Of a stretch of DNA of 64,000 nt, positions 51,214-61,063 are shown piece by piece; the stretch's first letter is position 1; each line of letters begins with the position of its first letter. The DNA lies in the NCBI GenBank assembly GCA_963754925.1, contig CAVWHX010000003.1, positions 544,001 through 608,000 on the forward strand, written 5' to 3'. The translations under genes and the position numbers were made by a program. The notes beneath the pieces were generated by a model. The model did not search any database, had not been told where the DNA came from, and saw nothing but the letters and a program-made list of their open reading frames with translations. Source of the DNA: an uncultured delta proteobacterium. Lineage in GTDB: Bacteria > Myxococcota > B64-G9.

Positions 51214-53322
51214 AAAAGTTGTTTCCCCGAAAATTTCGAAATCCATCCGACCGTCCACGGTCGAGCAATTCATCAACCGCGATCTAGGCTGGCTGGAATT
51301 CAACCGCCGGGTGTTAGGGTTAGCCGCGGACCCACGGGTCCCGCTTTTGGAGCGAATCTTTTTTCTTTCGATCTTCAGCTCGAACTTGGACGAATTCTTC
51401 ATGAAGCGCGTGGGAGCGCTCCGCAGACTCGCTAAAAGCAACCTAACCCTGCTCAAGCCCAACGTTAAAAACCCTGTCGCATTGATGACCGCCATTCGGG
51501 AAAAAACCATCGAGCTGATTGAATTGCAAGGCCGGATCTACGAAAAAAACATCATCCCGGAACTGGCGCGCAACCATGTTTTTCTGCTTAAGCCGAACAG
51601 TCTGACGCCGGACGAGCGATCGGAGGTCGACGAGTACTTCCAGACGCACGTCTTTCCCGTGCTCACTCCGCTGGCCGTGGACCCGGGGCACCCTTTCCCC
51701 TTCATTTCAAACAACTCCCTATCCCTGGGCGTTATCCTGAGCAATCCGGGCTCTGACGAAAAGATGTTCGCCCGGATAAAACTCCCTGCCGTATTACCCG
51801 CCTTCGTACGCCTGTACTCGACGGATGATCACTCCTACCGCTTTATCAGCCTTATCGACCTCATCTGTCTGCACGTTGATAAGCTCTTTGAGGGAATGGA
51901 GATCAAGAAGATCATGCCGTTCCGTATCACCAGAAACGCGGAGATCGAGCTGGATGAAGAGGAGGCGGATGATCTTCTCGACATGATTTCGGAAGAGATC
52001 CGCCTGAGGCGGTTTGAGCAGGTGATTCGATTGAAGTACAGCGGAAAACCTATGCAGTATATGCTTAATCTGTTACAGGAACAGCTACAGCTGGAACGAT
52101 CCGATGTATACGAGGCTAAAGGGCTATTGGACTATACCGATTTGCGTGTTATCGCCGACCTGCCGATTCCCGGGCTGCACTGGCCGCGTTGGTCTCCCGT
52201 GCCGTCGAAACAGTTCGGCGACGACGATGCCGATATTTTCAGCATGATCAGAAACCGAGACATTTTGGTCCATCATCCGTATGAAAGCTTTTCGTCCAGC
52301 GTTGAACGGTTTGTCACGGCCGCCGCCGAAGATCCGCGGGTGGTCGCCATTAAAATCACTCTCTATCGGACGGCCGAGGACAGCCCCTTTATTCCGGCGC
52401 TCATCCGCGCTGCCGAAGACGGCAAGCAAGTCGTGACCATCATCGAGCTCAAGGCGCGTTTCGACGAACAACGGAACATCCGCATCGGCCAGCGATTAGA
52501 GGAGGCCGGCGTTCATGTGGTGTATGGCATTGTCGGCCTTAGACCCACACCAAGATCACGCTCATTGTGCGCAACGAATCGGACGGAATCCAATGTTACG
52601 CCCATATCGGCACCGGTAATTATCACATTCACACCGCCAAACTCTATGCCGATCTGAGCCTGTTCACCTGCCGGACGGATATCACCCAGGACTTAGTCGA
52701 ACTGTTTCATTTCATGACCGGCAAATCGCTCAAGCACGAGTACCTCAAATTACTGGTGGCTCCGGTTAACATGAAAGCGCGATTTCTCGAGATGATTCAG
52801 CGCGAGAAGACCAACAAACAGGAACACCAGCCCGCCCGGATCATCGCCAAAATGAATTCGTTGGAAGATCGCGACATCTGCGAAGCTCTCTATCAAGCCT
52901 CGCAGGCCGGCGTGCCCATCACTCTGATTGTCAGAGGTTTCTGTTGCTTGCGGCCAGGGGTGAAAGGGATCAGCGATACTATTGAGGTTTTCTCCGTCTT
53001 GGGACGCTTCCTGGAACATTCCCGCATTTTTTATTTTGCCGCAGGACACGCAGATCGGTTGGACGGCGAGTACTACATCGGGTCGTCGGATTGGATGCAC
53101 CGAAACCTCGAGCACCGGGTCGAGGTCATTACGCCGGTAGAGGACAGCCACGCGAAGGCCAGGCTCCAGGAAATCTTGGACGCCATGATCCAAGACCACT
53201 GTTTCGCGTGGGAAATGAAGCCCGACGGCTCCTACCTCTTACGCAAGCCATCGCGGCAGTGCCCCGTCGAAGAAACTGTCGGCACGCACGAGCGGTTGAT
53301 TGAAATCGCCGGTGAAAGTTAG
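51173..53322 (+). CDS. ppk1: Polyphosphate kinase 1, frameshifted near 52540
   Basis: NRDLGWLEFN, SSNLDEFF, HPFP, HHPYESF, ELKARFDE, GTGNY, GRFLEHSR; one added A restores GLKTH. Confidence 0.95.
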
Positions 53323-53364
53323 AGCCCGTTAGTGAGCGAAGCGAACGTACGGGCTCTTATCCCC
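53319..53364 (-). repeat. GGATAAGAG...CTCTAA hairpin element between convergent genes
   Basis: Reverse complement GGGGATAAGAG-CCCG-TACGTTCGCTTCGCTCACTAA-CGGG-CTCTAA; contains the ppk1 TAG. Confidence 0.85.
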
Positions 53365-54236
53365 TACAAAGCTCTTACCCATTCGGGCCGGAGCATGTTT
53401 TTGTCTTCGAGCGCTCGATCGATGAGCCCCAGGATACGATCTTTATCCCGCGGGATCTGGCCGTTCATCGGCAGGTAGTTTGAGGCGTGCTCGGTCCCGA
53501 ACCGGCAATCGGTGAGTGAGAGGTCCTCGACAAACCAACGGAGCTCCTGCAGCGTTTGCATCTTATCCGGCAGTTTGAAACCGCCGCCCATGATCTTGGT
53601 TTCGTAGATATCGAGTAACGGCCCCAGCATCAGAGTCAGGCAAGCGACAAAAGGCGGATCGATGGCGTTGACGACTTTGGCCGAGTCTTTGGCGTGCTCG
53701 CGACTGCCCTCCACGCCGCCGAGACCCAGGAGAATAAATGTGGAAAGTCTTAATCCCGCGTCCAGGGCCTTACGGCAACCTTCGATAATTTGAGCGACCG
53801 TGGCCCCTTTTTTGATCCGCTTGAGCAAGGCTTCATTGCCGGTCTCTATGCCGAAGTACAAGACATCCAGCTTCTTGTCCTTCAGTTGCTTGAGCTCGTC
53901 GACGCTTTTTTCCATGAGGTTGGTGGGTCCGGCGTAGATGCTGACACGCTCGAGATGTTTGAAGCGCTCGTTGAGCAGCGTCATCACTCGGAGAAGGAAG
54001 GCCGTATCCACACCCAGGGCGTCACCATCGGCGAGAAAAATCTTATGCGCATGCGGATAAGCCCGGGACATCTCTATGATGTCTTCTTCGACGGCTTCCC
54101 ACGGCCTCACTTCGTATTTTTTTCCTTTGTACATCGCGCAAAACACGCATCGGTTCCATGAGCAACCCAGCGTTACCTGAAAGATGAGCGACTGTGCTTC
54201 GGAGGGCGGCCGATACAGCGGCATATCGTACTGCAT
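53364..54236 (-). CDS. Radical SAM protein
   Basis: YRPPSEA.S, CSWNRCVFC, FLADGDA, HASNY. Confidence 0.9.
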   Translation of the reverse strand: MQYDMPLYRPPSEAQSLIFQVTLGCSWNRCVFCAMYKGKKYEVRPWEAVEEDIIEMSRAYPHAHKIFLADGDALGVDTAFLLRVMTLLNERFKHLERVSIYAGPTNLMEKSVDELKQLKDKKLDVLYFGIETGNEALLKRIKKGATVAQIIEGCRKALDAGLRLSTFILLGLGGVEGSREHAKDSAKVVNAIDPPFVACLTLMLGPLLDIYETKIMGGGFKLPDKMQTLQELRWFVEDLSLTDCRFGTEHASNYLPMNGQIPRDKDRILGLIDRALEDKNMLRPEWVRAL

Positions 54237-54557
54237 TCAAAAAACCTCTCTGTTCATGTTGTCTGAGGCCTCACTATGAATTCAATACCTACATCCACAA
54301 CCACGTTCATCTTGATCCTGAACGTACACAAATTTTGTATTTTATCAATTTTCCTGCATTTCAAGTAGCTATTTCTTCATTCAAACAATAATGGCTTTGT
54401 CACCACACACCCAACCGCACGCCGATGTCAGTATTGCATGATATTTTGTTGCCTCCAAGCCTTCTCATTGGCATACTCTGACCGAATTTTGTCAGAGGTA
54501 CTCAACCAGTGGAGGCTTCCGATCGTTGTTCACCTTTCTTTTTTAAGGAGAATCACC

Positions 54558-55121
54558 ATGTACAGAAGCTATCTCGTAGTGGGGATTTTTTCATTAACCA
54601 TGCTGTTGGTGACCGGTACAGCCCTCGCGCAGGGATCGTCAGCCCCCGGCGACGAACCCGTGACTGCCGAGCCCGAGCCTACCGATGAATCGGTTAAGGA
54701 ACCGGTTACACCCCCGGTGCTGATCAAAAAGGAAGAAATCAAGGTGAAGATGGCCAATCTTCCCGAACCGGTTCAGATGGCTGTTAAGAAGCAGACAAAG
54801 GGCATCAAGGCCTACTCCCTTTTCAAGAAGACTACGGGCATGGAGACAACCTTCGAAGTGAAAATGAAGGTGAAAGGCTTGGCGAAAGAGATTGAAATCG
54901 ACACCGATGGCAACGTCGTCAAGGTTGAGCAAGAAGTAAAATGGGCCAGCGTGCCTGCCAAAGTGAAGAAAGGGCTTACCGCCAGTGCCGGCAAGGGCAA
55001 GATCGTCAAAGTCAAGTCGATCGCCAAAGGCGGTAGCGTGACCTACGAGGCCACGATTAAAACCGGCAAGGAAACTTCCACCGTTTTTGTGGGCGCTGAT
55101 GGCATGGCGGTTCAGCAGTAG
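54558..55121 (+). CDS. Secreted PepSY-like/BLIP-like repeat protein
   Basis: Signal peptide ALA-Q; two repeats LPEPV / VPAKV...(F/Y)E...DG. Confidence 0.7.
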   Translation: MYRSYLVVGIFSLTMLLVTGTALAQGSSAPGDEPVTAEPEPTDESVKEPVTPPVLIKKEEIKVKMANLPEPVQMAVKKQTKGIKAYSLFKKTTGMETTFEVKMKVKGLAKEIEIDTDGNVVKVEQEVKWASVPAKVKKGLTASAGKGKIVKVKSIAKGGSVTYEATIKTGKETSTVFVGADGMAVQQ

Positions 55122-55151
55122 CCCATTCAATGTTCCGCTCCCGTAAGGACG

Positions 55152-55829
55152 ATGAAAAAAGCCGTCATACTGTTATCCGGTGGGTTAGACTCCACGGTAA
55201 CCTTAGCGCATGCCAAAAGCCGGGGATATATCTGTTATGCCTTGACTGCAGATTACGGTCAGCGCCATCGCATTGAAATTGAACAGGCGCGACAAATTGC
55301 AAAAGCCATGGCGGTCGCGGAACACAAGGTCATCGCCGTCGATTTGCGCGCAATCGGCGGATCGGCGCTCACCGATTCCATTACGGTGCCAAAATCGCGG
55401 CAACCGATTGGTGCGGAAATTCCCATCACGTATGTGCCGGCGCGCAATACCATTTTGCTTTCCCTCGCGCTTGCCTGGGCCGAGGTCGTCCGCGCCGATG
55501 CGATTTTCATTGGCGCCAATGCGGTGGATTACTCGGGCTATCCCGATTGCAGGCCTGAATACCTTCAGGCCTTTGAGCAACTTGCGGGATTAGCCACCAA
55601 GGCGGGTACGGCAGAGGATTGGCGCGTCAGGATCGAAGCTCCCCTCATAACTTTGTCCAAAGCTGAGATCGTAACGCTCGGAAGAAAACTGAATGTCGAT
55701 TTTTCTCTCACCACATCCTGTTACAATCCGGGACCCCACGGCCGGCCCTGCGGCCTGTGCGACTCCTGTCGTTTGCGTCAGAAAGGTTTCAGGGAGGCAG
55801 GGGAACAAGACCCGCGAATGGATGGATAA
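55152..55829 (+). CDS. queC: 7-cyano-7-deazaguanine synthase
   Basis: [31 protein letters not shown]...CGLCDSC. Confidence 0.97.
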   Translation: MKKAVILLSGGLDSTVTLAHAKSRGYICYALTADYGQRHRIEIEQARQIAKAMAVAEHKVIAVDLRAIGGSALTDSITVPKSRQPIGAEIPITYVPARNTILLSLALAWAEVVRADAIFIGANAVDYSGYPDCRPEYLQAFEQLAGLATKAGTAEDWRVRIEAPLITLSKAEIVTLGRKLNVDFSLTTSCYNPGPHGRPCGLCDSCRLRQKGFREAGEQDPRMDG

Positions 55830-55863
55830 CCTCCCCAATCGGCGTCAGTGGTTCACTAACGGC

Positions 55864-56595
55864 TTAAACAAATCGAGTGATCATGAAGATGAACAGGACA
55901 CCGGCGATGGTGAGCGCGATCTTTTGATAGGAACTCTCCCGGCTGTGCGCTTCGGGAAGGATGTCGCTAGCTCCGATGTACAGCAGGAATCCGGCGAAGA
56001 ATCCTAGATACAGAACCAGGAATTGTTGGGGAACCTTCAGCCAGAACATTGACAGGGCACCGAGAACCGGTGCTATCGCGTCCAGCAGCAGGAACCACTT
56101 CGATTTCGACGGGGTGTTCTTGTGGAGGAGCATGAGCGTCACCGTATTCATGCCGTCGGTGAAATCGTGGGAGATGACCGCCAGGGCCACCAGCACGCCC
56201 ACGGATGCGCTAACCTGGAAACCCAGGCCGACTCCAACGCCATCCATGAAGCTGTGACCGATCAAAGCCAGGGCGGAGAAGACGCCCACCTGGGGATGCT
56301 GATGATGGACATAGTCCTCCTCGTGGCCGTGATGGATAAGGATCACCTTCTCAAGGATATGGAAGAGCATGAACCCGACGACCACAGCACCCATGGCGTG
56401 AATGGGCTCGAGGTGATTGACGTAAACCCGTTCGACGATCTGGGGAAGGATGTCGAAAAAGACCACCCCGAGCAGGACGCCAGCCGTGAAGCTCATGATG
56501 AGATAAAGCCTGTCCTGGAACCGGATCGCGAACAGACCTCCGATGGCGGTGGAAAAGAACGTCGCGAACGAGAAAAGTAGGACGATCAAGGTCAT
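55864..56595 (-). CDS. ZIP family metal transporter
   Basis: His-rich loop HHGHEEDYVHHQH; HSFMDG; HDFTDG; DILPEAH. Confidence 0.92.
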   Translation of the reverse strand: MTLIVLLFSFATFFSTAIGGLFAIRFQDRLYLIMSFTAGVLLGVVFFDILPQIVERVYVNHLEPIHAMGAVVVGFMLFHILEKVILIHHGHEEDYVHHQHPQVGVFSALALIGHSFMDGVGVGLGFQVSASVGVLVALAVISHDFTDGMNTVTLMLLHKNTPSKSKWFLLLDAIAPVLGALSMFWLKVPQQFLVLYLGFFAGFLLYIGASDILPEAHSRESSYQKIALTIAGVLFIFMITRFV

Positions 56596-56654
56596 GGAAA
56601 AATTCCGTACGAATGCGGAGATTCTTGCAGTTTCGATTGGAACACTATAACAGA

Positions 56655-56670
56655 TTGAAATCATTTTCAA
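56655..56670. promoter_or_regulatory. Fur-family-like operator upstream of the ZIP gene
   Basis: TTGAAA-TCAT-TTTCAA palindrome next to an extended -10 TGTTATAGT on the minus strand. Confidence 0.5.
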
Positions 56671-56771
56671 CAATCCGGGACCCCACGGCCGGCCCTGCGG
56701 CGTGTGCGACTCCTGTCGTTTGCGTCAGAAAGGTTTCAGGGAGGCAGGGGAACAAGACCCGCGAATGGATG
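56670..56771 (+). repeat. 102-bp direct repeat of the queC 3' end (55723-55824)
   Basis: Identical except GGCCTG versus GGCGTG. Confidence 0.95.
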
Positions 56772-56853
56772 TCTAGTTCGGATTTCTCACCCAAAAAACA
56801 ATGCACCATCTTGACAGGCTGACATAGCGTAGCAATACTTAGCCAAGGGTCCG

Positions 56854-57315
56854 GTGGACGATCGAGCTATCATGCGCAACTCTTCTCAAATCTCTTTCTG
56901 GAAACCCGGTGTTGCCGGTCGCCGTCTAGCGATCGCGCTCTCGTCGTTGACGTTGATTGCGCAACTCTCAAGCTTCGCACACCCGCTTCTCGTACGGCAT
57001 GTCATCTGCCCCGAGCATGGCGAGCTCATCGACCTGGATGATCATGACGGTTCCGCGCCCAGCCGGGCAGTCGCTAAAGTTGCACTGCCGGGGAATACCG
57101 CCATCCAGGCCATGCCTGAAACACCCGCAGTACCAGGACACGGCCACTGTCCTCTCGCCTTTCACCGCCGAGAGGGAAACATCCTGTCCCCCTGCAGCGT
57201 GGCTGCCGTAAATAATCTCCCCCAATCAGTCAGTAGTTACCGAGTCGAGGACGCGCCGCGTCCCGCATTGGTCGCCCTGTTTCGGGTGGCCCCGAAGAAC
57301 TCTCCGCCAGCCTAG
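56854..57315 (+). CDS. DUF2946-like His/Cys membrane protein, putative regulatory leader
   Basis: One hydrophobic helix, HVICPEHGE, HGHCP, C-terminal APKNSPPA; directly upstream of the TonB-dependent receptor. Confidence 0.7.
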   Translation: MDDRAIMRNSSQISFWKPGVAGRRLAIALSSLTLIAQLSSFAHPLLVRHVICPEHGELIDLDDHDGSAPSRAVAKVALPGNTAIQAMPETPAVPGHGHCPLAFHRREGNILSPCSVAAVNNLPQSVSSYRVEDAPRPALVALFRVAPKNSPPA

Positions 57316-57361
57316 TCCCCCACAGTAACCGCCCCGATCCCGCATCGCGCCCGCGAGCGCA

Positions 57362-57396
57362 GGGCTTCACGTGCTCGATTCGAGCACGTGAAGCCC
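57362..57396. promoter_or_regulatory. Perfect 17-bp inverted repeat between leader and receptor genes
   Basis: GGGCTTCACGTGCTCGA-T-TCGAGCACGTGAAGCCC, no U-tract on the plus strand. Confidence 0.55.
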
Positions 57397-57553
57397 CAAA
57401 TGTCCCGTGGGTTCGCCCGGGGCCGCGGTGTCGTTTCCACTATCTCCGTGAACGCCTAAACGCGATTCGGCGCTCGCGAAAGGGTCTGCTCTCGTCCGCA
57501 ACAGGCGTTTTTGCGGACCGAAGGACCCCACGATGTGGTGCAAGGAGTCATGC

Positions 57554-60235
57554 ATGCAGAATTGGTCAAGACAACGAGTGAGACTTCCGGAAGAGCGGAC
57601 AACGTGCGTCCCTGAAAACTGGACCACGCGTCTTCCGGGATGGCCCGCGTGTATCACGGCGGTCTGCATGTGCTGCTGGCTACCGCATGCCGGCGCGCAG
57701 GAGACTCCGTCGGCGCCGGAGCCGGTGAACCCGCCTGAGGCTATCCAGCGCGTGGACGCGATTTACCCGCCGGAAGCGCTGGCCGCGCGCCAGGAAGCAA
57801 ACGTCACGCTCCTCGTCACCGTCGGGATCGACGGAACCGTCACCGACGTAACCGTGGCCGAGAGCGGCGCCGAGCAGTTCGACCAGGCGGCGATTGCGGC
57901 GGTGAAGCAATGGAGATTCGTTCCGGCGCGCAGGGGGAACGAGGTCGTCGTTACTCGTATCCGGATTCCTTTCCGGTTCGTGCTGCCGGCGGTCGAAACG
58001 GTGGTTCCAGCCCCGGCTCCGACACCGCCTACCCCGACGCCGTCGCCCGCACCGACGATGGAATCTGAAACGCCCTCGACCGAGCCGGAAGCACCCTCCA
58101 CGGAAGCTCCCGAGAAGCCGGTAGAGGGCCCCAACGAAGCACCTATCGACGTTACGGTTCGTGGCCGCTCGCGGCCCCCCAGCCGGGGAACCTCCGACTA
58201 TCAGCTCGACGTCGGCAGTCTCGCGGCGGTTCCTCGCCAGAATGCCGCGGAACTGCTCAAGCTCGCGCCGGGCATCCTCCTGACCAACGAGGGCGGCGAG
58301 GCTCATGCCGAGCAAGTGTTCCTTCGCGGCTTCGACGCACGGGAAGGACAGGACATCGAGTTCACCGTCGACGGCGTGCCGATCAATGAGAGCGGCAACA
58401 TCCACGGCAACGGCTACTCGGATACGCACTTCATAATCCCCGAGCTGATCGAATCATTGCGCGTGGTCGAGGGACCCTTTGATCCGCGGCAGGGCAACTA
58501 CGCCGTGGCTGGCTCGGCCGACTACCATCTTGCGCTCGCACAACGGGGCTTCACGGCCAAGTCCTCTGTGGGGAGCTTCGGAACCTACCGTCAGCTCCTG
58601 ACGTACGGCCCGCCCGGAGGCAGCCCGGGGACTTTTATCGCGGCCGAGTTGTATCAGACAAACGGCTTTGGCCAGAATCGCGACGGCCGGCGCGGCACGT
58701 TCATGGGTCGGTATGAGGGCCAGGCCGGCGCGTCCACGAGTTACAGCATCACCGCGACCGCGTACGTCGCGAGCTTCCACACGGCCGGCGTGCTCCGGGA
58801 TGACGATTACCGTTCCGGCCGCGTGGGCTTCTTCGACACCTACGATCCGCTGCAGGGCGAGGACTCGTCACGCTACTCGCTCGCCGGCGAGATCGAAACC
58901 CGCGCGGAGAAGATCGTCACCCGGAATCTAGTCTTCCTCATCTACCGGCCGCTTCGAATTCGGGAGAACTTCACCGGCTTCCTGCTCGACGTCCAAGAGC
59001 CGCTTCAGAGTCCTCACGGACAGCGGGGCGACTTGATCGATATGCACAACACCGCCTGGACGTTCGGAGCCAAGGGAAGCGCACGACTCACGGGCGAGGT
59101 CCTCGCGCAGCCCCAGGAAATCGAGATCGGCTACTTCGCCCGCGGCGATGTCGTCTCTTCAATGCAGCAGCGCATCGAGGCCGCGACAGGTCATCCGTAT
59201 CACACGGATGCGGACCTCGACTCAACGCTCGGCGACATCGGTCTCTACGCGGACGCGAACCTGCGTGTCATTCGCTGGTTGTCGCTGCGCGGCGGCGTTC
59301 GAGGCGATCTTTTTACGTTCGACGTCAACAACCTCTGCGCCGTCCAATCGGTCGAAAACCCTTCGCCGACGAATCCCCCCGGCGACCAGTCGTGCCTGTC
59401 TCAACAAAACTTCGGCGCCTACCGCGACCCTAACCAGCGCGCGACGACGGCGAGCACGGTTTTCCTGCCGCGCGGCTCACTAATCATAGGTCCGTTCTGG
59501 GACTTCAGCGCTTCCGCGAGCGTCGGACAGGGAGTCCGGTCTATCGATCCCATTTACATTACCCAGGACGCGAAGACGCCGTTCGCGAGCGTCACCGCGT
59601 ACGAAGGCGGCATCTCGTTCCAGCATCGATTCTTGAACAACATGGATGTGGGCCTGCGTTCCGTCGTGTTCGACACGGCCGTCAATCACGATCTCATCTT
59701 CTCGCAGACCGTGGGGAGCAACGTTCTTGCGGGAGCAACGACGCGTCTGGGATCGGCGAACTCCGTCCGCCTGACGGGCCCCTTTTACGATATCGCGGCC
59801 AACCTTACCTACGTCAAGGCGACCTTCGACGCCACGCACCTGCTCATCCCCTACGTGCCGGACCTCGTCTTCCGTGCGGACACCGCTCTGCACGGCGACC
59901 TGCCTTGGTGGAGCGAGCGCCTGCTCAACCATCCGCTGCGAGCGTCGTTCGCCACGGGCATCACCTACGTGGGCCCGCGGCCGCTTCCTTACGGGAGTCG
60001 CTCGGACATCATCTTCACCGTCGACAGCACCCTTACGGTGGGCTGGTGGTTCCTCGATTTCAGCCTCTCGGTCCAGAACCTTTTAGATGTCCGCTACCGG
60101 CTCGGCGAATACAACTACGCCTCGGATTTCCACACCCAGCCGTACCCGACGCTGGTGCCGGTGCGTATGTTCTCTGCCGGCGCGCCGCGCACGATCCTTT
60201 TCTCGGTTGCTCTCAACTACGGAGATGGACGATGA
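57554..60235 (+). CDS. TonB-dependent receptor with fused N-terminal TonB C-terminal domain (MxcH-like architecture)
   Basis: YPPEA...DGTV...FDQAA..AVKQWRF.PA; plug LRGFDAREGQDI..VDGVPIN...HGNGYSD; QNLLD; GAPR. Confidence 0.9.
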   Translation: MQNWSRQRVRLPEERTTCVPENWTTRLPGWPACITAVCMCCWLPHAGAQETPSAPEPVNPPEAIQRVDAIYPPEALAARQEANVTLLVTVGIDGTVTDVTVAESGAEQFDQAAIAAVKQWRFVPARRGNEVVVTRIRIPFRFVLPAVETVVPAPAPTPPTPTPSPAPTMESETPSTEPEAPSTEAPEKPVEGPNEAPIDVTVRGRSRPPSRGTSDYQLDVGSLAAVPRQNAAELLKLAPGILLTNEGGEAHAEQVFLRGFDAREGQDIEFTVDGVPINESGNIHGNGYSDTHFIIPELIESLRVVEGPFDPRQGNYAVAGSADYHLALAQRGFTAKSSVGSFGTYRQLLTYGPPGGSPGTFIAAELYQTNGFGQNRDGRRGTFMGRYEGQAGASTSYSITATAYVASFHTAGVLRDDDYRSGRVGFFDTYDPLQGEDSSRYSLAGEIETRAEKIVTRNLVFLIYRPLRIRENFTGFLLDVQEPLQSPHGQRGDLIDMHNTAWTFGAKGSARLTGEVLAQPQEIEIGYFARGDVVSSMQQRIEAATGHPYHTDADLDSTLGDIGLYADANLRVIRWLSLRGGVRGDLFTFDVNNLCAVQSVENPSPTNPPGDQSCLSQQNFGAYRDPNQRATTASTVFLPRGSLIIGPFWDFSASASVGQGVRSIDPIYITQDAKTPFASVTAYEGGISFQHRFLNNMDVGLRSVVFDTAVNHDLIFSQTVGSNVLAGATTRLGSANSVRLTGPFYDIAANLTYVKATFDATHLLIPYVPDLVFRADTALHGDLPWWSERLLNHPLRASFATGITYVGPRPLPYGSRSDIIFTVDSTLTVGWWFLDFSLSVQNLLDVRYRLGEYNYASDFHTQPYPTLVPVRMFSAGAPRTILFSVALNYGDGR

Positions 60236-61011
60236 AACCACTCACTCTTCTCATGCTCCTCGCGGCAGGCTGCGGCGGCTCGACCGGAAGCGCGCTCGTG
60301 ACGTTCGGGGCCACCGCGTCGGGACCCGCCGACGCCACGGGCGGGCCGCTGTCCTTCACCAGCGGCTACGGCGCTCAAGTGACGTTGACGAGCGCGACTC
60401 TGTACATCGGGGCCGTATACTTGAACCAGTCGGTGCCGGTATCCGGCGCGGCGTCCGAGCCTTGCATTTCGCCGGGCATCTACGTCGGACAGGTCTTCGG
60501 CCCTGTCGACGTGGACCTCCTCTCGCCGTCTCCGCAACAATTTCCGACCCGGGGTGAAGGGACGCAGACAGCGGCCAAGACCGCCGAGGTGTGGCTCACC
60601 AGCGGCGATGTCAACGCGGCCGGTGATTCGACGGTGATTCTCGACGTCGAGGGCACGGCCGTTCAAAGCGGCCAGACCTTCCCCTTCACAGCCGCCGTAA
60701 CCATCGGATCGAACCGCCAGATACCGGTGACCAACCCGGCGCTGCCGGGCGCAAACCCAATCTGCCATCAGCGAATCGTGACGCCGATCCTCGTCGACAT
60801 AACGCCGACGAATGGCGGAACGCTGGTCCTCGAGATCGATCCGCGACCGATGTTCAACGCGGTCGATTTTACGACGCTGACGAAAGTCTCGGACGCCCCG
60901 GTCCAGTATCAGATCCCGGACACCAACGCCGGACAGGGCGGCGCTCTCTTCAAAGGAATGGAAGCGAACTACGGCGTCTACACATTCACGTGGAGGGATG
61001 CCGGGCAATGA
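60232..61011 (+). CDS. Lipoprotein associated with the TonB-dependent receptor
   Basis: LAAGC; ATGA overlap with the receptor gene. Confidence 0.8.
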   Translation: MKPLTLLMLLAAGCGGSTGSALVTFGATASGPADATGGPLSFTSGYGAQVTLTSATLYIGAVYLNQSVPVSGAASEPCISPGIYVGQVFGPVDVDLLSPSPQQFPTRGEGTQTAAKTAEVWLTSGDVNAAGDSTVILDVEGTAVQSGQTFPFTAAVTIGSNRQIPVTNPALPGANPICHQRIVTPILVDITPTNGGTLVLEIDPRPMFNAVDFTTLTKVSDAPVQYQIPDTNAGQGGALFKGMEANYGVYTFTWRDAGQ

Positions 61012-61063
61012 ACGTAACGAAGAAGTTGTCATGCAGTCAAACCCAAACCAAGGAGAAAGAATC

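Noticed and set aside
4430..52545. Programmed ribosomal frameshifting
   Set aside because: No consistent slippery heptamer or direction, and the affected families are not known to be recoded; sequencing error is simpler
23245..53364. Hairpin elements as integron attC sites
   Set aside because: The CGCTTCGCTCG loop is attC-like, but the ends do not fit RYYYAAC...GTTRRRY, orientations are mixed, they flank housekeeping genes and no intI is present
54240..54550. ncRNA or small gene in the AT-rich spacer
   Set aside because: No convincing RBS-ORF, tRNA fold or conserved motif visible
57316..57553. Cobalamin riboswitch upstream of the TonB receptor
   Set aside because: No recognisable GGGAA/GCCACTG/B12-box elements, only generic hairpins
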